A DNA stretch of 47,926 nucleotides from an uncultured bacterium (GTDB taxonomy: Bacteria; Patescibacteriota; Patescibacteriia; UBA1558; GWA2-36-10): NCBI GenBank assembly GCA_903876815.1, contig CAIRBL010000087.1:1-47926 (forward strand), in the 5' to 3' direction. How positions within the stretch are numbered: the first letter of the stretch is position 1; each line of letters opens with the position of its first letter. The notes below the pieces were generated by a model. The model was not told the origin of the DNA. It was given only the letters and a program-made list of their open reading frames with translations, and made no database searches. The position numbers and the translations under genes were made by a program. Positions 15,143 through 24,294 of this stretch are shown here, piece after piece.

Positions 15143-16673
15143 TTTGGTATATTTCTGCTTCAAGGTCTTCATAGACCAAATTAATATTTTGATTAGCCAA
15201 AAGAGCATTTTTAAATGCTTCTTTTTTATTGTCTTTTTCTAGGAAAATATAGTGTGCGCCAAATTTAGCGGGGATTACTTGATCTAAGCTATTTATTTTG
15301 CCCTCCAGAATATCAAAATAACTTTGTTGTAAATCAGGGCTAAAATTGTACATAAAAGTTTGATCTAGACCGATTAAGTAATAGTTGTGATCATTGTGAT
15401 AAAACAGCATAGGCCATTGATCCCAATCATCATGAAAAACAATACTTTTTTCTGGTATATTTTGTTTGAGCCAAGTAGCGCTGGCTTGAAATTTATCAAG
15501 TGGCCAGTTGTTATATAAAGACGAGCCAATGGTTTTATTGATTAAAAGTGGAATTATTAAGATAACTAAAATACTTAAGCAACTGGTGACAAATATTTTT
15601 AAGTTGATTTTTAAACTGAGCCAAAAATGATAAAAATTTTTAAGCTTTAGAATATTTTTTAAATCATCTCCAGCAAAAGCAACAAATATTAAGGTGAATG
15701 GCAAAAAGTACTCTATATATCTTTTTGATTTGACGGTCAATAATAAAAAACCAAAAGCTAGTAAAAAGGCAAAAAGTGTTTTTTTTGTGATCGATTGATA
15801 TTGAAAAACTAACAGGGCAATAAATAAAATACTTAATATAAAGAGCTGTGGTCCAGAGGATATGATTTCGAAAAATTGAGCCCCATACCATTCGCTACCA
15901 ACAATAAATTTTTGTCCGAGATTAATAATGCCGATTTGTACAACTTGTTGGTAGTAAAAGTATAAATTTTGTGGCCAATTGGGGTGAGATGCTATGCCAA
16001 TCAAAACACCACTAAGACTCCAAAAGATGCTGGACCAATGATAATGAGATTTTTCTTGATTTGTAAGTTTATTAAATAAATAAATACTAGTAAAATACGC
16101 TAAATAAATAGGAAAGATGATTGGCCAGCCACCATATAGCCAAACAAACATAAAACCGCTCAGCAGTAATAAATATTTTTTTTGTTTTATTAAAGCATAA
16201 ATAAATAGTAGGCAGATGATAAAGCTTAGGGAGTTGACTTTGATGAGACTCCAGCGAAAATTGAGATTTGGTAAAGTTATCACTAATAAAGTCAGTGGCC
16301 AAGCCAAGTTAATTTTGAGTTTTTTTAAAAAAATATATAAAGCTAGAGCAGCTGAGCTAGCAAAAATAACGGTTGCTATTTTTACTGCCCAAAGTGGGTC
16401 AAAAATATGAGTAAAAAAAGATAGTAAAAGATGATAAAGAAAATGATGGTCAGTAAAACTGTCTTTAAGGGTGCTAAATTGCATCCAGGGCAAAGTTTGT
16501 AGTATTTCACCTTTAGCGATTAATTGAGCCATTTTGGCGTGATAAAAGCCATCTGGATCACCGATAATAGGCTTTCTTTGCCACCACCAATAAAAAGATA
16601 AAAAAATGATAAATAATGACAAATAATCAATTGGCCATTTTTTGAGCTTATTTTTCCAGTCGCCACTATGCAT
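15132..16673 (-). CDS. Polytopic GT-C-like (ArnT/PMT-like) membrane glycosyltransferase candidate
   Basis: About 12 TM helices, an early extracytoplasmic DPDGFYH loop and a C-terminal soluble domain. ATG at 16673 is preferred over the TTG at 16709. Confidence 0.4.
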   Translation of the reverse strand: MHSGDWKNKLKKWPIDYLSLFIIFLSFYWWWQRKPIIGDPDGFYHAKMAQLIAKGEILQTLPWMQFSTLKDSFTDHHFLYHLLLSFFTHIFDPLWAVKIATVIFASSAALALYIFLKKLKINLAWPLTLLVITLPNLNFRWSLIKVNSLSFIICLLFIYALIKQKKYLLLLSGFMFVWLYGGWPIIFPIYLAYFTSIYLFNKLTNQEKSHYHWSSIFWSLSGVLIGIASHPNWPQNLYFYYQQVVQIGIINLGQKFIVGSEWYGAQFFEIISSGPQLFILSILFIALLVFQYQSITKKTLFAFLLAFGFLLLTVKSKRYIEYFLPFTLIFVAFAGDDLKNILKLKNFYHFWLSLKINLKIFVTSCLSILVILIIPLLINKTIGSSLYNNWPLDKFQASATWLKQNIPEKSIVFHDDWDQWPMLFYHNDHNYYLIGLDQTFMYNFSPDLQQSYFDILEGKINSLDQVIPAKFGAHYIFLEKDNKKEAFKNALLANQNINLVYEDLEAEIYQINQ

Positions 16674-16680
16674 ATAGCTT

Positions 16681-16689
16681 ATTTTAGCA
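16681..16689 (-). promoter_or_regulatory. Extended -10 (TGCTAAAAT) 7 nt upstream of the ATG at 16673
   Basis: The minus strand reads TGCTAAAAT-aagctat-ATG. Confidence 0.45.
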
Positions 16690-16806
16690 GAACAAAAAAT
16701 CCTCGCCAAGCATGGGGGCGGGGATCTCTACAAAATCAGCTAAACTAATTTTATTATGGATCTTTAAAGTCGTCAAGTTTTTGTAGGGAAGGTGCTGGTT
16801 TTTTGG

Positions 16807-16835
16807 TTGATTTTTGTCTAAATATTTGCTACACT
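16807..16835 (+). promoter_or_regulatory. Promoter of the yebC operon (TTGATT-17-TGcTACACT)
   Basis: -35 at 16807-16812, 17-nt spacer, -10 at 16830-16835 with an upstream TG. Confidence 0.45.
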
Positions 16836-16848
16836 AGACAAAGAGTGG

Positions 16849-16877
16849 AGCATAAATTAATAAAATTTATGCTTTTT
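16849..16877 (+). terminator. Terminator-like hairpin plus T-run inside the yebC leader
   Basis: 10-bp stem agcataaatt / aatttatgct, loop aataa, then TTTTT. It sits 20 nt upstream of the ATG at 16898. Confidence 0.45.
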
Positions 16878-16897
16878 AAGTAGTTTAATACAAAGCT

Positions 16898-17602
16898 ATG
16901 AGTGGACATTCTAAATGGGCAACAACTAAGAGGGCCAAAGAGGCCAAAGATTCTAAGCGCAGTGGTTTATTTACCAAGTTATCCAAAAATATTACTATTG
17001 CCGCTCGTGAGGGTCAAGACATTGATTCAAATTTTAAATTACGCATGGCAGTAGATAAGGCAAAGGCTTTGTCTATGCCTAAAGATAATATTGAACGTGC
17101 TATCAAAAGGGGCGCTGGAGTTGGTGGTGGTGAAAATATCGAGCATTTGATTTATGAGGCTTATGGACCAGAGGGCGTGGCTTTGATTATTGAGGTTTTG
17201 ACGGACAATAAAAATCGCGCAGTCTCCAACATCAAACATATTTTAAATAAATACAACGGCAACATGGGATCTAGTGGTAGTGTGCTCTGGATGTTTGCTT
17301 TTAAGGGGGAAATTATTTTAAACAATACTACCTTAACAGACGAAGAGGAACTCAAAATTATTGAAGCCGGTGCAGAAGATATCATCAAAGACGAGCAAAT
17401 TCGAGTCATTACGGATAAAGAAAATTTGGCCCTAGTAAGAGACAGCTTGGTCAAAAATAATTTTTCCATTCAAGAGTCAAATATTATTTATTTGCCGAAA
17501 GAAAAAGTGCAAGTGCAAGATGAAGACAAACTGTTGCGCTTATTAGATGCTTTGGACGATGATGATGACGTGGACACTTTGCACACTAACGCCGATGTTT
17601 AA
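16898..17602 (+). CDS. yebC: YebC/PmpR-family transcriptional regulator
   Basis: MSGHSKWATTKRAKEAKDSKR N-terminus and overall YebC-like sequence. Confidence 0.9.
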   Translation: MSGHSKWATTKRAKEAKDSKRSGLFTKLSKNITIAAREGQDIDSNFKLRMAVDKAKALSMPKDNIERAIKRGAGVGGGENIEHLIYEAYGPEGVALIIEVLTDNKNRAVSNIKHILNKYNGNMGSSGSVLWMFAFKGEIILNNTTLTDEEELKIIEAGAEDIIKDEQIRVITDKENLALVRDSLVKNNFSIQESNIIYLPKEKVQVQDEDKLLRLLDALDDDDDVDTLHTNADV

Positions 17603-17607
17603 TTTAA

Positions 17608-18111
17608 ATGTCAAATATTAAAAAAACTATTTTAGGTTTAGACCCTGGTTTTGCAGATACTGGTTTTGGTGTGGTGACAAAAGAAAATCATACTTTAAAA
17701 TTTATTACAGCCGGCAGTATCAAGACAGATAAAAAGCTTGATTTTGCCAAGCGTTTGGAAGTTATCTATAAAGAAATCAATTTACTCATCAAAAAATATC
17801 AGCCTGATATAGTAGCGATTGAAAAATTATATTTTGCTCGTAACGTTACAACTGCTTTGGACGTTGGTCAGGCTAGAGGAGTAGTTTTATTGGCTATCGC
17901 GCAGCAACAAAAAAATTTTATAGAGTTTACTCCCTTGCAAGTCAAACTGACTTTGACAGGCTCGGGTGCAGCCGATAAGCGCCAGGTTGGTCTGATGGTG
18001 AAGACAATTTTAAAATTATCAGCCGTACCTAAGCCAGACGATGCAGCCGATGCGGTGGCTCTGGCTATTTGCGGCGCTTGGTTTAATCAAAAATTATCAC
18101 AAGTGAAATGA
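17608..18111 (+). CDS. ruvC: Holliday junction resolvase RuvC
   Basis: ILGLDPGFADTGFGVV catalytic N-terminus and C-terminal DAADAVALAI motif. Confidence 0.85.
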   Translation: MSNIKKTILGLDPGFADTGFGVVTKENHTLKFITAGSIKTDKKLDFAKRLEVIYKEINLLIKKYQPDIVAIEKLYFARNVTTALDVGQARGVVLLAIAQQQKNFIEFTPLQVKLTLTGSGAADKRQVGLMVKTILKLSAVPKPDDAADAVALAICGAWFNQKLSQVK

Positions 18112-19598
18112 AAAAATTAAAAATAGTTTCAATTTCTTCAGAGCTTGATCCATTTGTCAAAACTGGTGGCTTAGGTGATGTGGCTCGAGCTTTGCCTAAA
18201 AGTTTGCATCGTTTAGGTCACGAGGTGATAGTTATTATTCCTTTTTATAGCAAAGTCATTGACGCTAAAAAGTATAATTTAAAAAAAATTTATACCGATA
18301 TTTTGATTAATGTCGATAAAAAAAATTCAGTTAAAGTAGATTTTTACCAAGGAGAATTAATGCCTCAATTACCAGTTTATTTTGTTCGTTGTGATAAATA
18401 TTTTGGTAAGAAAAAAAATATTTATAGCTCATCTCGTGAAAATGCGCGTTTTTATTTATTTTCTGTAGCCGCTTTAAAGTTAATCTCTTTACTGAAATTT
18501 AAAGCCGACATTATCCATTGTCATGATTGGCATACAGGTTTAATTCCCTATTTAAAAAATACTCGTTTTAAAGACAGCCAGACACTCAAAAATTCGGCTA
18601 CTATTTTTACGATTCATAATCTGACTTTTCAATTCGGACAAAATTGGTGGGAAGTACCAGTAAAATTAAGAGACAAAGGCAAGCTGGCTTTACCAGATTT
18701 TAAAGCCAGTCAATTAGCTTATATTAATTTTGCTAAACGAGGTATTATGTATGCTGATGCTGTTAATACAGTTTCAGAAACTTATGCTAAAGAGATTTTA
18801 AAAAAACATTTTGGTCAAGATTTACATCGTATTTTGATGAATCGAAAACATAAATTATTTGGCGTCGTTAATGGCATTGATTATTATCAATACAATCCCA
18901 AAACTGATAAGACTTTGATTAAAAATTATACTATAGACAATATTCATCGTAAAATAGTCAACAAAAGATATGTGCAAAAGCTTTATCATTTACCCATAAC
19001 TGACAACACGCCATTGATTTGTTTGACCTCTAGATTAGTTGAACAAAAAGGTTTTGATTTAGTCATTGATGTTTTGCCAACTTTGCTTTTACAAGATGTA
19101 CAAGTGATTATTTTGGGAGCAGGTGATAAAAGATATGTCCAAAAACTAAATAAATTAGCTAAAGCCCATAGTGATAAATTAGTTGTCATACCTTCTCATC
19201 AGGAAGTTTTAAAAAGAGAGACTTTGGTTTATGCTGGAGCGGATTTCTTTTTGTTGCCTTCTCGTTTTGAGCCTTGCGGAATTAATCAGTTGATTAGTTT
19301 TCGTTATGGCTGTGTGCCGATAGTGCGTGCTACTGGTGGTTTGTCTGACACGGTGATTAATTTTGATCCTAAAACAGATAAGAAAACCAAAGGTAACGGC
19401 TTTAATTTTAAAAATTATAAAACCGCTGAATTGTTAGTAGCCTTAACCAGAGCAATAGAGACTTATCATCACAGGCAAATATGGAAAGACTTGATTAGAC
19501 GTGGCATGTCAGCTTCTTTTTCTTGGGATTTGCCAGCCAGAAAATATTTAGAGCTTTATAAAAAAGCTATTAATTTTAAAAAAGAAGAAAATGTCTAA
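18108..19598 (+). CDS. glgA: Glycogen/starch synthase (GT5), paralog 1
   Basis: KTGGLGDV motif and HCHDWHTGL. ATGA overlap with ruvC. Confidence 0.85.
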   Translation: MKKLKIVSISSELDPFVKTGGLGDVARALPKSLHRLGHEVIVIIPFYSKVIDAKKYNLKKIYTDILINVDKKNSVKVDFYQGELMPQLPVYFVRCDKYFGKKKNIYSSSRENARFYLFSVAALKLISLLKFKADIIHCHDWHTGLIPYLKNTRFKDSQTLKNSATIFTIHNLTFQFGQNWWEVPVKLRDKGKLALPDFKASQLAYINFAKRGIMYADAVNTVSETYAKEILKKHFGQDLHRILMNRKHKLFGVVNGIDYYQYNPKTDKTLIKNYTIDNIHRKIVNKRYVQKLYHLPITDNTPLICLTSRLVEQKGFDLVIDVLPTLLLQDVQVIILGAGDKRYVQKLNKLAKAHSDKLVVIPSHQEVLKRETLVYAGADFFLLPSRFEPCGINQLISFRYGCVPIVRATGGLSDTVINFDPKTDKKTKGNGFNFKNYKTAELLVALTRAIETYHHRQIWKDLIRRGMSASFSWDLPARKYLELYKKAINFKKEENV

Positions 19599-20742
19599 AA
19601 TAACGTGGGTTAATTTTTTACATATTTATCAGCCACCTTGGCAAGAAGAGGGCATCATTCACCAAACTGCCAGAGAGAGTTATGACTATTTATTTACTTT
19701 GCTTGAGAAATATCCTAAGTTTACTTTTACTTTAAATATTAGTGGTTCTTTAATTGAACAATTAAATATTTTAGAGCCAGAAATTTTAGCTAAGTTACAA
19801 CTTGTCGTCAAAAATAAACGTTTAGAACTTACAGCCTCGGCTTTTTATCACCCCATTTTACCATTACTACCAGAGCAAGAAGTATTAAGGCAAATAAAAC
19901 TTAATCAAGAAATATTATTTAAATATTTTAAAATTAAGCCAGCAGGTTTTTATTTACCGGAAATGGCTTATAGTTTAAAAACTGCTAAAATTATTAAAAA
20001 ATTAGGTTTTAGCTGGATTATTTTAGATCCAATTTCCACGTCGCAAAAAATAAACAATAATATTTTATACCAAATTAAAAATTTAGGTCTAAAAGTAATT
20101 TTTAGAGATAGATGCTATTCCCAAAGTTATCCTGCCGAAGCTATTTATCAAAAATTTCAGCACCAAGAAATAAAAGTAGAAACTATCATTACTGCCACTG
20201 ACGGTGAAATGTATGGTCATAAACATGAAGACTGGCAGGGACATTTGGAAAAGATTTTAGTAAATAAAAATTTAGATGTTTTAACGGTTTCTCAATATTT
20301 AAAAACTTTAAAACAAACAGCAAGTGTGAGCTTACGTGATTCTTCTTGGGAGACAAGTCAAAAAGATTTACAAAAAAACATTCCTTTTGCTTTATGGCAA
20401 GATCCCAAAAATAGTATTCACAAAACTTTATGGCAATTAGCAAATTTAAGCATTAGTTTAGTCAAAAAATACCCTAAAGATCAAAATCATTTTTGGGCTC
20501 GATACCATTTAGATAGAGGTTTATCATCTTGTACTTTTTGGTGGGCAAGTGCTAAAAAAGTAGGTATTTTTTCAGACCTCGCTTGGCATCCAGACATGGT
20601 AGACAATGGCGCTGAAGAATTAGTAAGAAGTGCAAGATCACTAAAGCAAGCAAGTGTTGCGGAAAAAATTCAAGCTGAACGTTATTATACTAAAGCAAAA
20701 AGATTGATTTGGGAGAGGCATTGGCGTAAATATAATATTTAA
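19591..20742 (+). CDS. Glycoside hydrolase family 57 protein (short form)
   Basis: HIYQPPW, YPKFTFTLNISGSLIEQL and FYHPILPLLP motifs. Candidate nucleophile region FYLPEMAYS and acid/base region TDGEMYGH. 8-nt overlap with glgA. Confidence 0.7.
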   Translation: MSKITWVNFLHIYQPPWQEEGIIHQTARESYDYLFTLLEKYPKFTFTLNISGSLIEQLNILEPEILAKLQLVVKNKRLELTASAFYHPILPLLPEQEVLRQIKLNQEILFKYFKIKPAGFYLPEMAYSLKTAKIIKKLGFSWIILDPISTSQKINNNILYQIKNLGLKVIFRDRCYSQSYPAEAIYQKFQHQEIKVETIITATDGEMYGHKHEDWQGHLEKILVNKNLDVLTVSQYLKTLKQTASVSLRDSSWETSQKDLQKNIPFALWQDPKNSIHKTLWQLANLSISLVKKYPKDQNHFWARYHLDRGLSSCTFWWASAKKVGIFSDLAWHPDMVDNGAEELVRSARSLKQASVAEKIQAERYYTKAKRLIWERHWRKYNI

Positions 20743-20750
20743 TAAAATCT

Positions 20751-21809
20751 ATGGAACTTGAAGAACAAAAGAAAAAGGTAGCCTTGTTAAACGATGAGTT
20801 GTTTATTAAAGATTGTTTTAATCAAAATTTAGGTAAATATTATCCAGATTTTGTAGAAGTAAAACAGCTTGATTTGCATGCTTACAAAAAACATGTGGGC
20901 AAAACTAGTGCTGTTTTTGTGGTGGGCTATAAAGTAGAATACTTAGCCAAAGATAATAGTATTAAAAAAATAAAATTAGTTGCCACTGGTCATTCTGATG
21001 GCTCAAGAAAATTAGCTTTTGCTAAACTCAATTATTTGTATCAACATGGTTTTAATGACGGTAAATATTTGGTCACCAAACCATTGTTTTATTTAGAGGA
21101 AAATTTAGCTTTTGTTTACGAAGCTTCTATTGGTCATCGTTTGTTTAGTTTTTTTAAAGCAGATGAGTATTTAAATTTAGCTAATGCTATGAATTTAGCT
21201 GCTGCTTGGGTTAAAAAATTACATCACTTAGAATTAGACGAGACTTTTGCTTGGCCAAAATTTTCCGTTAATCATATTGGCCCTAGTGTACAGAAATTTT
21301 TTACTGACATTATTAGTCACAATGAAGTTTTGGGTAAAAGAGTAGAAAAGATGTTAGCAGATATTAAAAACCATGAAGAGAAATTTCAGCAAAATTTAAA
21401 ACCATGTTTAGTCTATGGTGACTATCATCCAGAAAATGTGATTTTGACTAGCCTAGAAGCTAAACAAATTAAGATGATAGATTTTACTGATGTGGCTTTG
21501 GGTGATCCAATGGTGGATCTTGGCTCTTTTTTACAGCAATTAGATTTTATGGGGCATAGATTTTTTTCTCGAGCTAAAGTTAACTACGAAAAAGAGTATT
21601 TTATCACTAGCTATTTTGGTCAAAAAATTCAAGATATTCCAGCAGAATTTTTTCCTCGTATCAATTTATACCAAGCTTGGGTAGCTTTACGCACTGCTGC
21701 CTTTTTGTTTTATATGCACAAAGATGATTCAGTGAATTTATTATTAGATGAAGTAGAGAAATATTTAGTTTTGGTTGAAAGTGGTGAAAGAAAAATTAAT
21801 CTTTATTAG
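20751..21809 (+). CDS. APH/ChoK-fold phosphotransferase (kinase) of unknown substrate
   Basis: Catalytic loop YGDYHPENVIL and Mg-binding IDFTDVALGDPMVDLG. Confidence 0.65.
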   Translation: MELEEQKKKVALLNDELFIKDCFNQNLGKYYPDFVEVKQLDLHAYKKHVGKTSAVFVVGYKVEYLAKDNSIKKIKLVATGHSDGSRKLAFAKLNYLYQHGFNDGKYLVTKPLFYLEENLAFVYEASIGHRLFSFFKADEYLNLANAMNLAAAWVKKLHHLELDETFAWPKFSVNHIGPSVQKFFTDIISHNEVLGKRVEKMLADIKNHEEKFQQNLKPCLVYGDYHPENVILTSLEAKQIKMIDFTDVALGDPMVDLGSFLQQLDFMGHRFFSRAKVNYEKEYFITSYFGQKIQDIPAEFFPRINLYQAWVALRTAAFLFYMHKDDSVNLLLDEVEKYLVLVESGERKINLY

Positions 21810-21867
21810 TTTTTAGTTTTATAAATTTTCATGTTATAATTAGCTTATCTTAAATGGTAAGCTTTTT

Positions 21868-23340
21868 ATGTTAAATAAAAAAATAACCCCGCAAAGCGGG
21901 ATCAAGAAAATAATATTTATTGGTGCTGAACTTAATCCCCTAGTTAAAGTAGGAGGTTTGGCTGATGTGATGGGAGCTTTACCTAAAGCCTTGCTTAAGT
22001 TAGATATAGAGCCTTTGCTTATTTTACCTTTTTATGGCGCCATCAATAAACAACTATATCCTAGCAAATTAGTCAAAGCTAATTTAAAATTTCCTCATAC
22101 CAAAGTTATTTTTTCTGTTTATCAAACTTTATTGCCAAAAACTAAAATCAAAATTTTATTAATTAAAAATAAATTTTTTGATACTCAAGAGGTTTATTTG
22201 CCCGCTTCGCCGAATCGAGGCGAGCTAAAAAATGATGCAGAAAGATTTGCGGTGTTTGCTAAATGTGCAGTTGAAGCTATCAAGGTTTTAAATCTCAAGC
22301 CAGATTTGGTTCATTGTCATGATTGGCACACAGCACTAGTGCCGACTATTTTAGATGAATATAGTTTAGCAGATAAAAACTTTGCTAATATACCGACTTT
22401 ACTCACTATTCATAATCTTGCCAGTCAAGGTTTAAGCTCTTTAGAGTTAGTTTATCAAGTGGCTTTAAATAAAAAACTAACACCAGCTTTGATGGAGGAT
22501 TATTATGATGATGACAAGCTCGATCAATTAAAAATCGGCATTTTATCAGCTGATATGATAAATACCGTGAGCCCAACTTATGCCCAAGAAATTTTGACCA
22601 AAGCTTATGGCGCTGGTTTAGAAAAATATTTGCAAAGAAGAAAGAAAAATTTAAAGGGAATTCTAAATGGTATTGATGTAGATTTTTTTAATCCTCATAC
22701 TGATAAATTAATTTATAAAAAATACAATATTAATAATTATCAAGCAGCTAAATTATTTAACAAACAGGCTTTACAAAAAGAGTTAAAATTAGCAGAAAAA
22801 AATGTACCGATATTTGCTATTATATCTAGACTAGTTTCCCAAAAAGGTCTAGACATTTTAAGTCCTTTATGGGAAAAATTTTTGAGCTATGATTTGCAGA
22901 TTGTTATTTTGGGCACCGGTGACAAAAAGTATGAAGCTGAGCTGGCAATCTTAAATAAAAAATATCCTAAAAAGTTTAGAGCTATTTTAAAATTTGATGC
23001 CACACTTGCTCAAAAAATTTATGCGGGTGCTGATTTTTTCTTAATGCCCTCTCATTTTGAGCCTTGTGGTTTAGGTCAAATGATTGCTATGCGCTATGGC
23101 ACTTTGCCTCTAGTGCGAGAGACTGGTGGCTTAAAAGATAGTGTGAGGCATAAAAAAACAGGTTTAGTTTTTACAAAATATGATAGTAAAGATTTAGAAC
23201 AAACTTGGCAACAAGCACTCAAGATTTTTGCTGATAAAAAAGTTTTAGCTAAAATGATTAAAGCAGCGATGAGTCAAGATTTTTCTTGGGACAAATCAGC
23301 TTTAGAGTATGTAAAAATATATAAGAAGTTAATAAAATAA
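21868..23340 (+). CDS. glgA: Glycogen/starch synthase (GT5), paralog 2
   Basis: KVGGLADV, HCHDWHTAL and the C-terminal EPCGLGQMIAMRYGTLP motif. Confidence 0.85.
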   Translation: MLNKKITPQSGIKKIIFIGAELNPLVKVGGLADVMGALPKALLKLDIEPLLILPFYGAINKQLYPSKLVKANLKFPHTKVIFSVYQTLLPKTKIKILLIKNKFFDTQEVYLPASPNRGELKNDAERFAVFAKCAVEAIKVLNLKPDLVHCHDWHTALVPTILDEYSLADKNFANIPTLLTIHNLASQGLSSLELVYQVALNKKLTPALMEDYYDDDKLDQLKIGILSADMINTVSPTYAQEILTKAYGAGLEKYLQRRKKNLKGILNGIDVDFFNPHTDKLIYKKYNINNYQAAKLFNKQALQKELKLAEKNVPIFAIISRLVSQKGLDILSPLWEKFLSYDLQIVILGTGDKKYEAELAILNKKYPKKFRAILKFDATLAQKIYAGADFFLMPSHFEPCGLGQMIAMRYGTLPLVRETGGLKDSVRHKKTGLVFTKYDSKDLEQTWQQALKIFADKKVLAKMIKAAMSQDFSWDKSALEYVKIYKKLIK

Positions 23341-23345
23341 TTTTT

Positions 23346-24281
23346 ATGAAAAGACTTACAAAATCTGAAATTCGCAAAGACTATATTCAGGAAAAATATG
23401 TCATCATTGCTCCTAAGCGTGGCAAGCGTCCTCATGATGTGATTAAAGCCAAAGAATATCACAAGCCCCTGAATACTTGTGTGCTATGTCCAGAATCTTT
23501 AAAAGACACTAAGGCTTTATATCAAATAGGTAGCGGTGATAAGTGGTCACTGAAAGTTATTGCCAATAAATTTCCTGCAGTCTCTAAAACAAATAAAAAA
23601 GCCTACGGACAACAAGAAGTAGTAGTGGAAAGTTCAGATCATACTAAAGAAATAGAGGACTTAAGTGTGAAACAGATTGCTGATTTATTGACGGCTTACC
23701 AAGTCAGGACCAAAGAAATCTCTAAAGACAAAAAAATTGAGTATATTTTGATTTTTAAAAACGATGGTGGTGTAGCCGGTGCCAGTCTTCAGCATTCACA
23801 CTCACAAATTTTTGCCACTCAATTTTTACCGCCACATTTATTAGACAAATCCAAAAGGCAACAAGAGTATACTTTAGAGCACGGCACTTGCGTTTATTGT
23901 GATGTGATCAAAAAAGAGACCAAAAGTCCACGCTTTATTTGGCAAGATAAAAATATGATTGCTTTTTGTCCTTATGCTTCAATGTTTAATTATGAAGTTT
24001 GGATTATGCCCAAAAAGCATCAAGATAATATCACAGATTTATCAAAAGACGCTAAGCTTTCGATGGCGAAAATTTTGAAACACATTTTGACTAAAATCAG
24101 TCAGCTAGATTTGCCTTACAATTTTTATTTTCATCAGCTTATCAATGATGACGATCAGCATTTGTACTTAAAAGTTGTGCCGCGCGGTTCTGTTTGGGCG
24201 GGAGTAGAAATAGGTTCTGGTTTAATTATCAATCCTATTCCACCTGAAGAAGCAGCGGAATTTTATCGAAAAGGATTATAA
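23346..24281 (+). CDS. GalT-like HIT-family nucleotidyltransferase (Gal-1-P uridylyltransferase / NDP-glucose phosphorylase class)
   Basis: Zn-site CVLCPE and the HxHxQ active site HSHSQIF. Confidence 0.7.
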   Translation: MKRLTKSEIRKDYIQEKYVIIAPKRGKRPHDVIKAKEYHKPLNTCVLCPESLKDTKALYQIGSGDKWSLKVIANKFPAVSKTNKKAYGQQEVVVESSDHTKEIEDLSVKQIADLLTAYQVRTKEISKDKKIEYILIFKNDGGVAGASLQHSHSQIFATQFLPPHLLDKSKRQQEYTLEHGTCVYCDVIKKETKSPRFIWQDKNMIAFCPYASMFNYEVWIMPKKHQDNITDLSKDAKLSMAKILKHILTKISQLDLPYNFYFHQLINDDDQHLYLKVVPRGSVWAGVEIGSGLIINPIPPEEAAEFYRKGL

Positions 24282-24294
24282 ACTATTGCAAACT

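Noticed and set aside
16712-16786. 24-codon ORF (MGAGISTKSAKLILLWIFKVVKFL) in the GT-C/yebC divergent region
   Set aside because: It has no SD or promoter geometry, lies upstream of the predicted yebC promoter, and has a length and composition consistent with chance.
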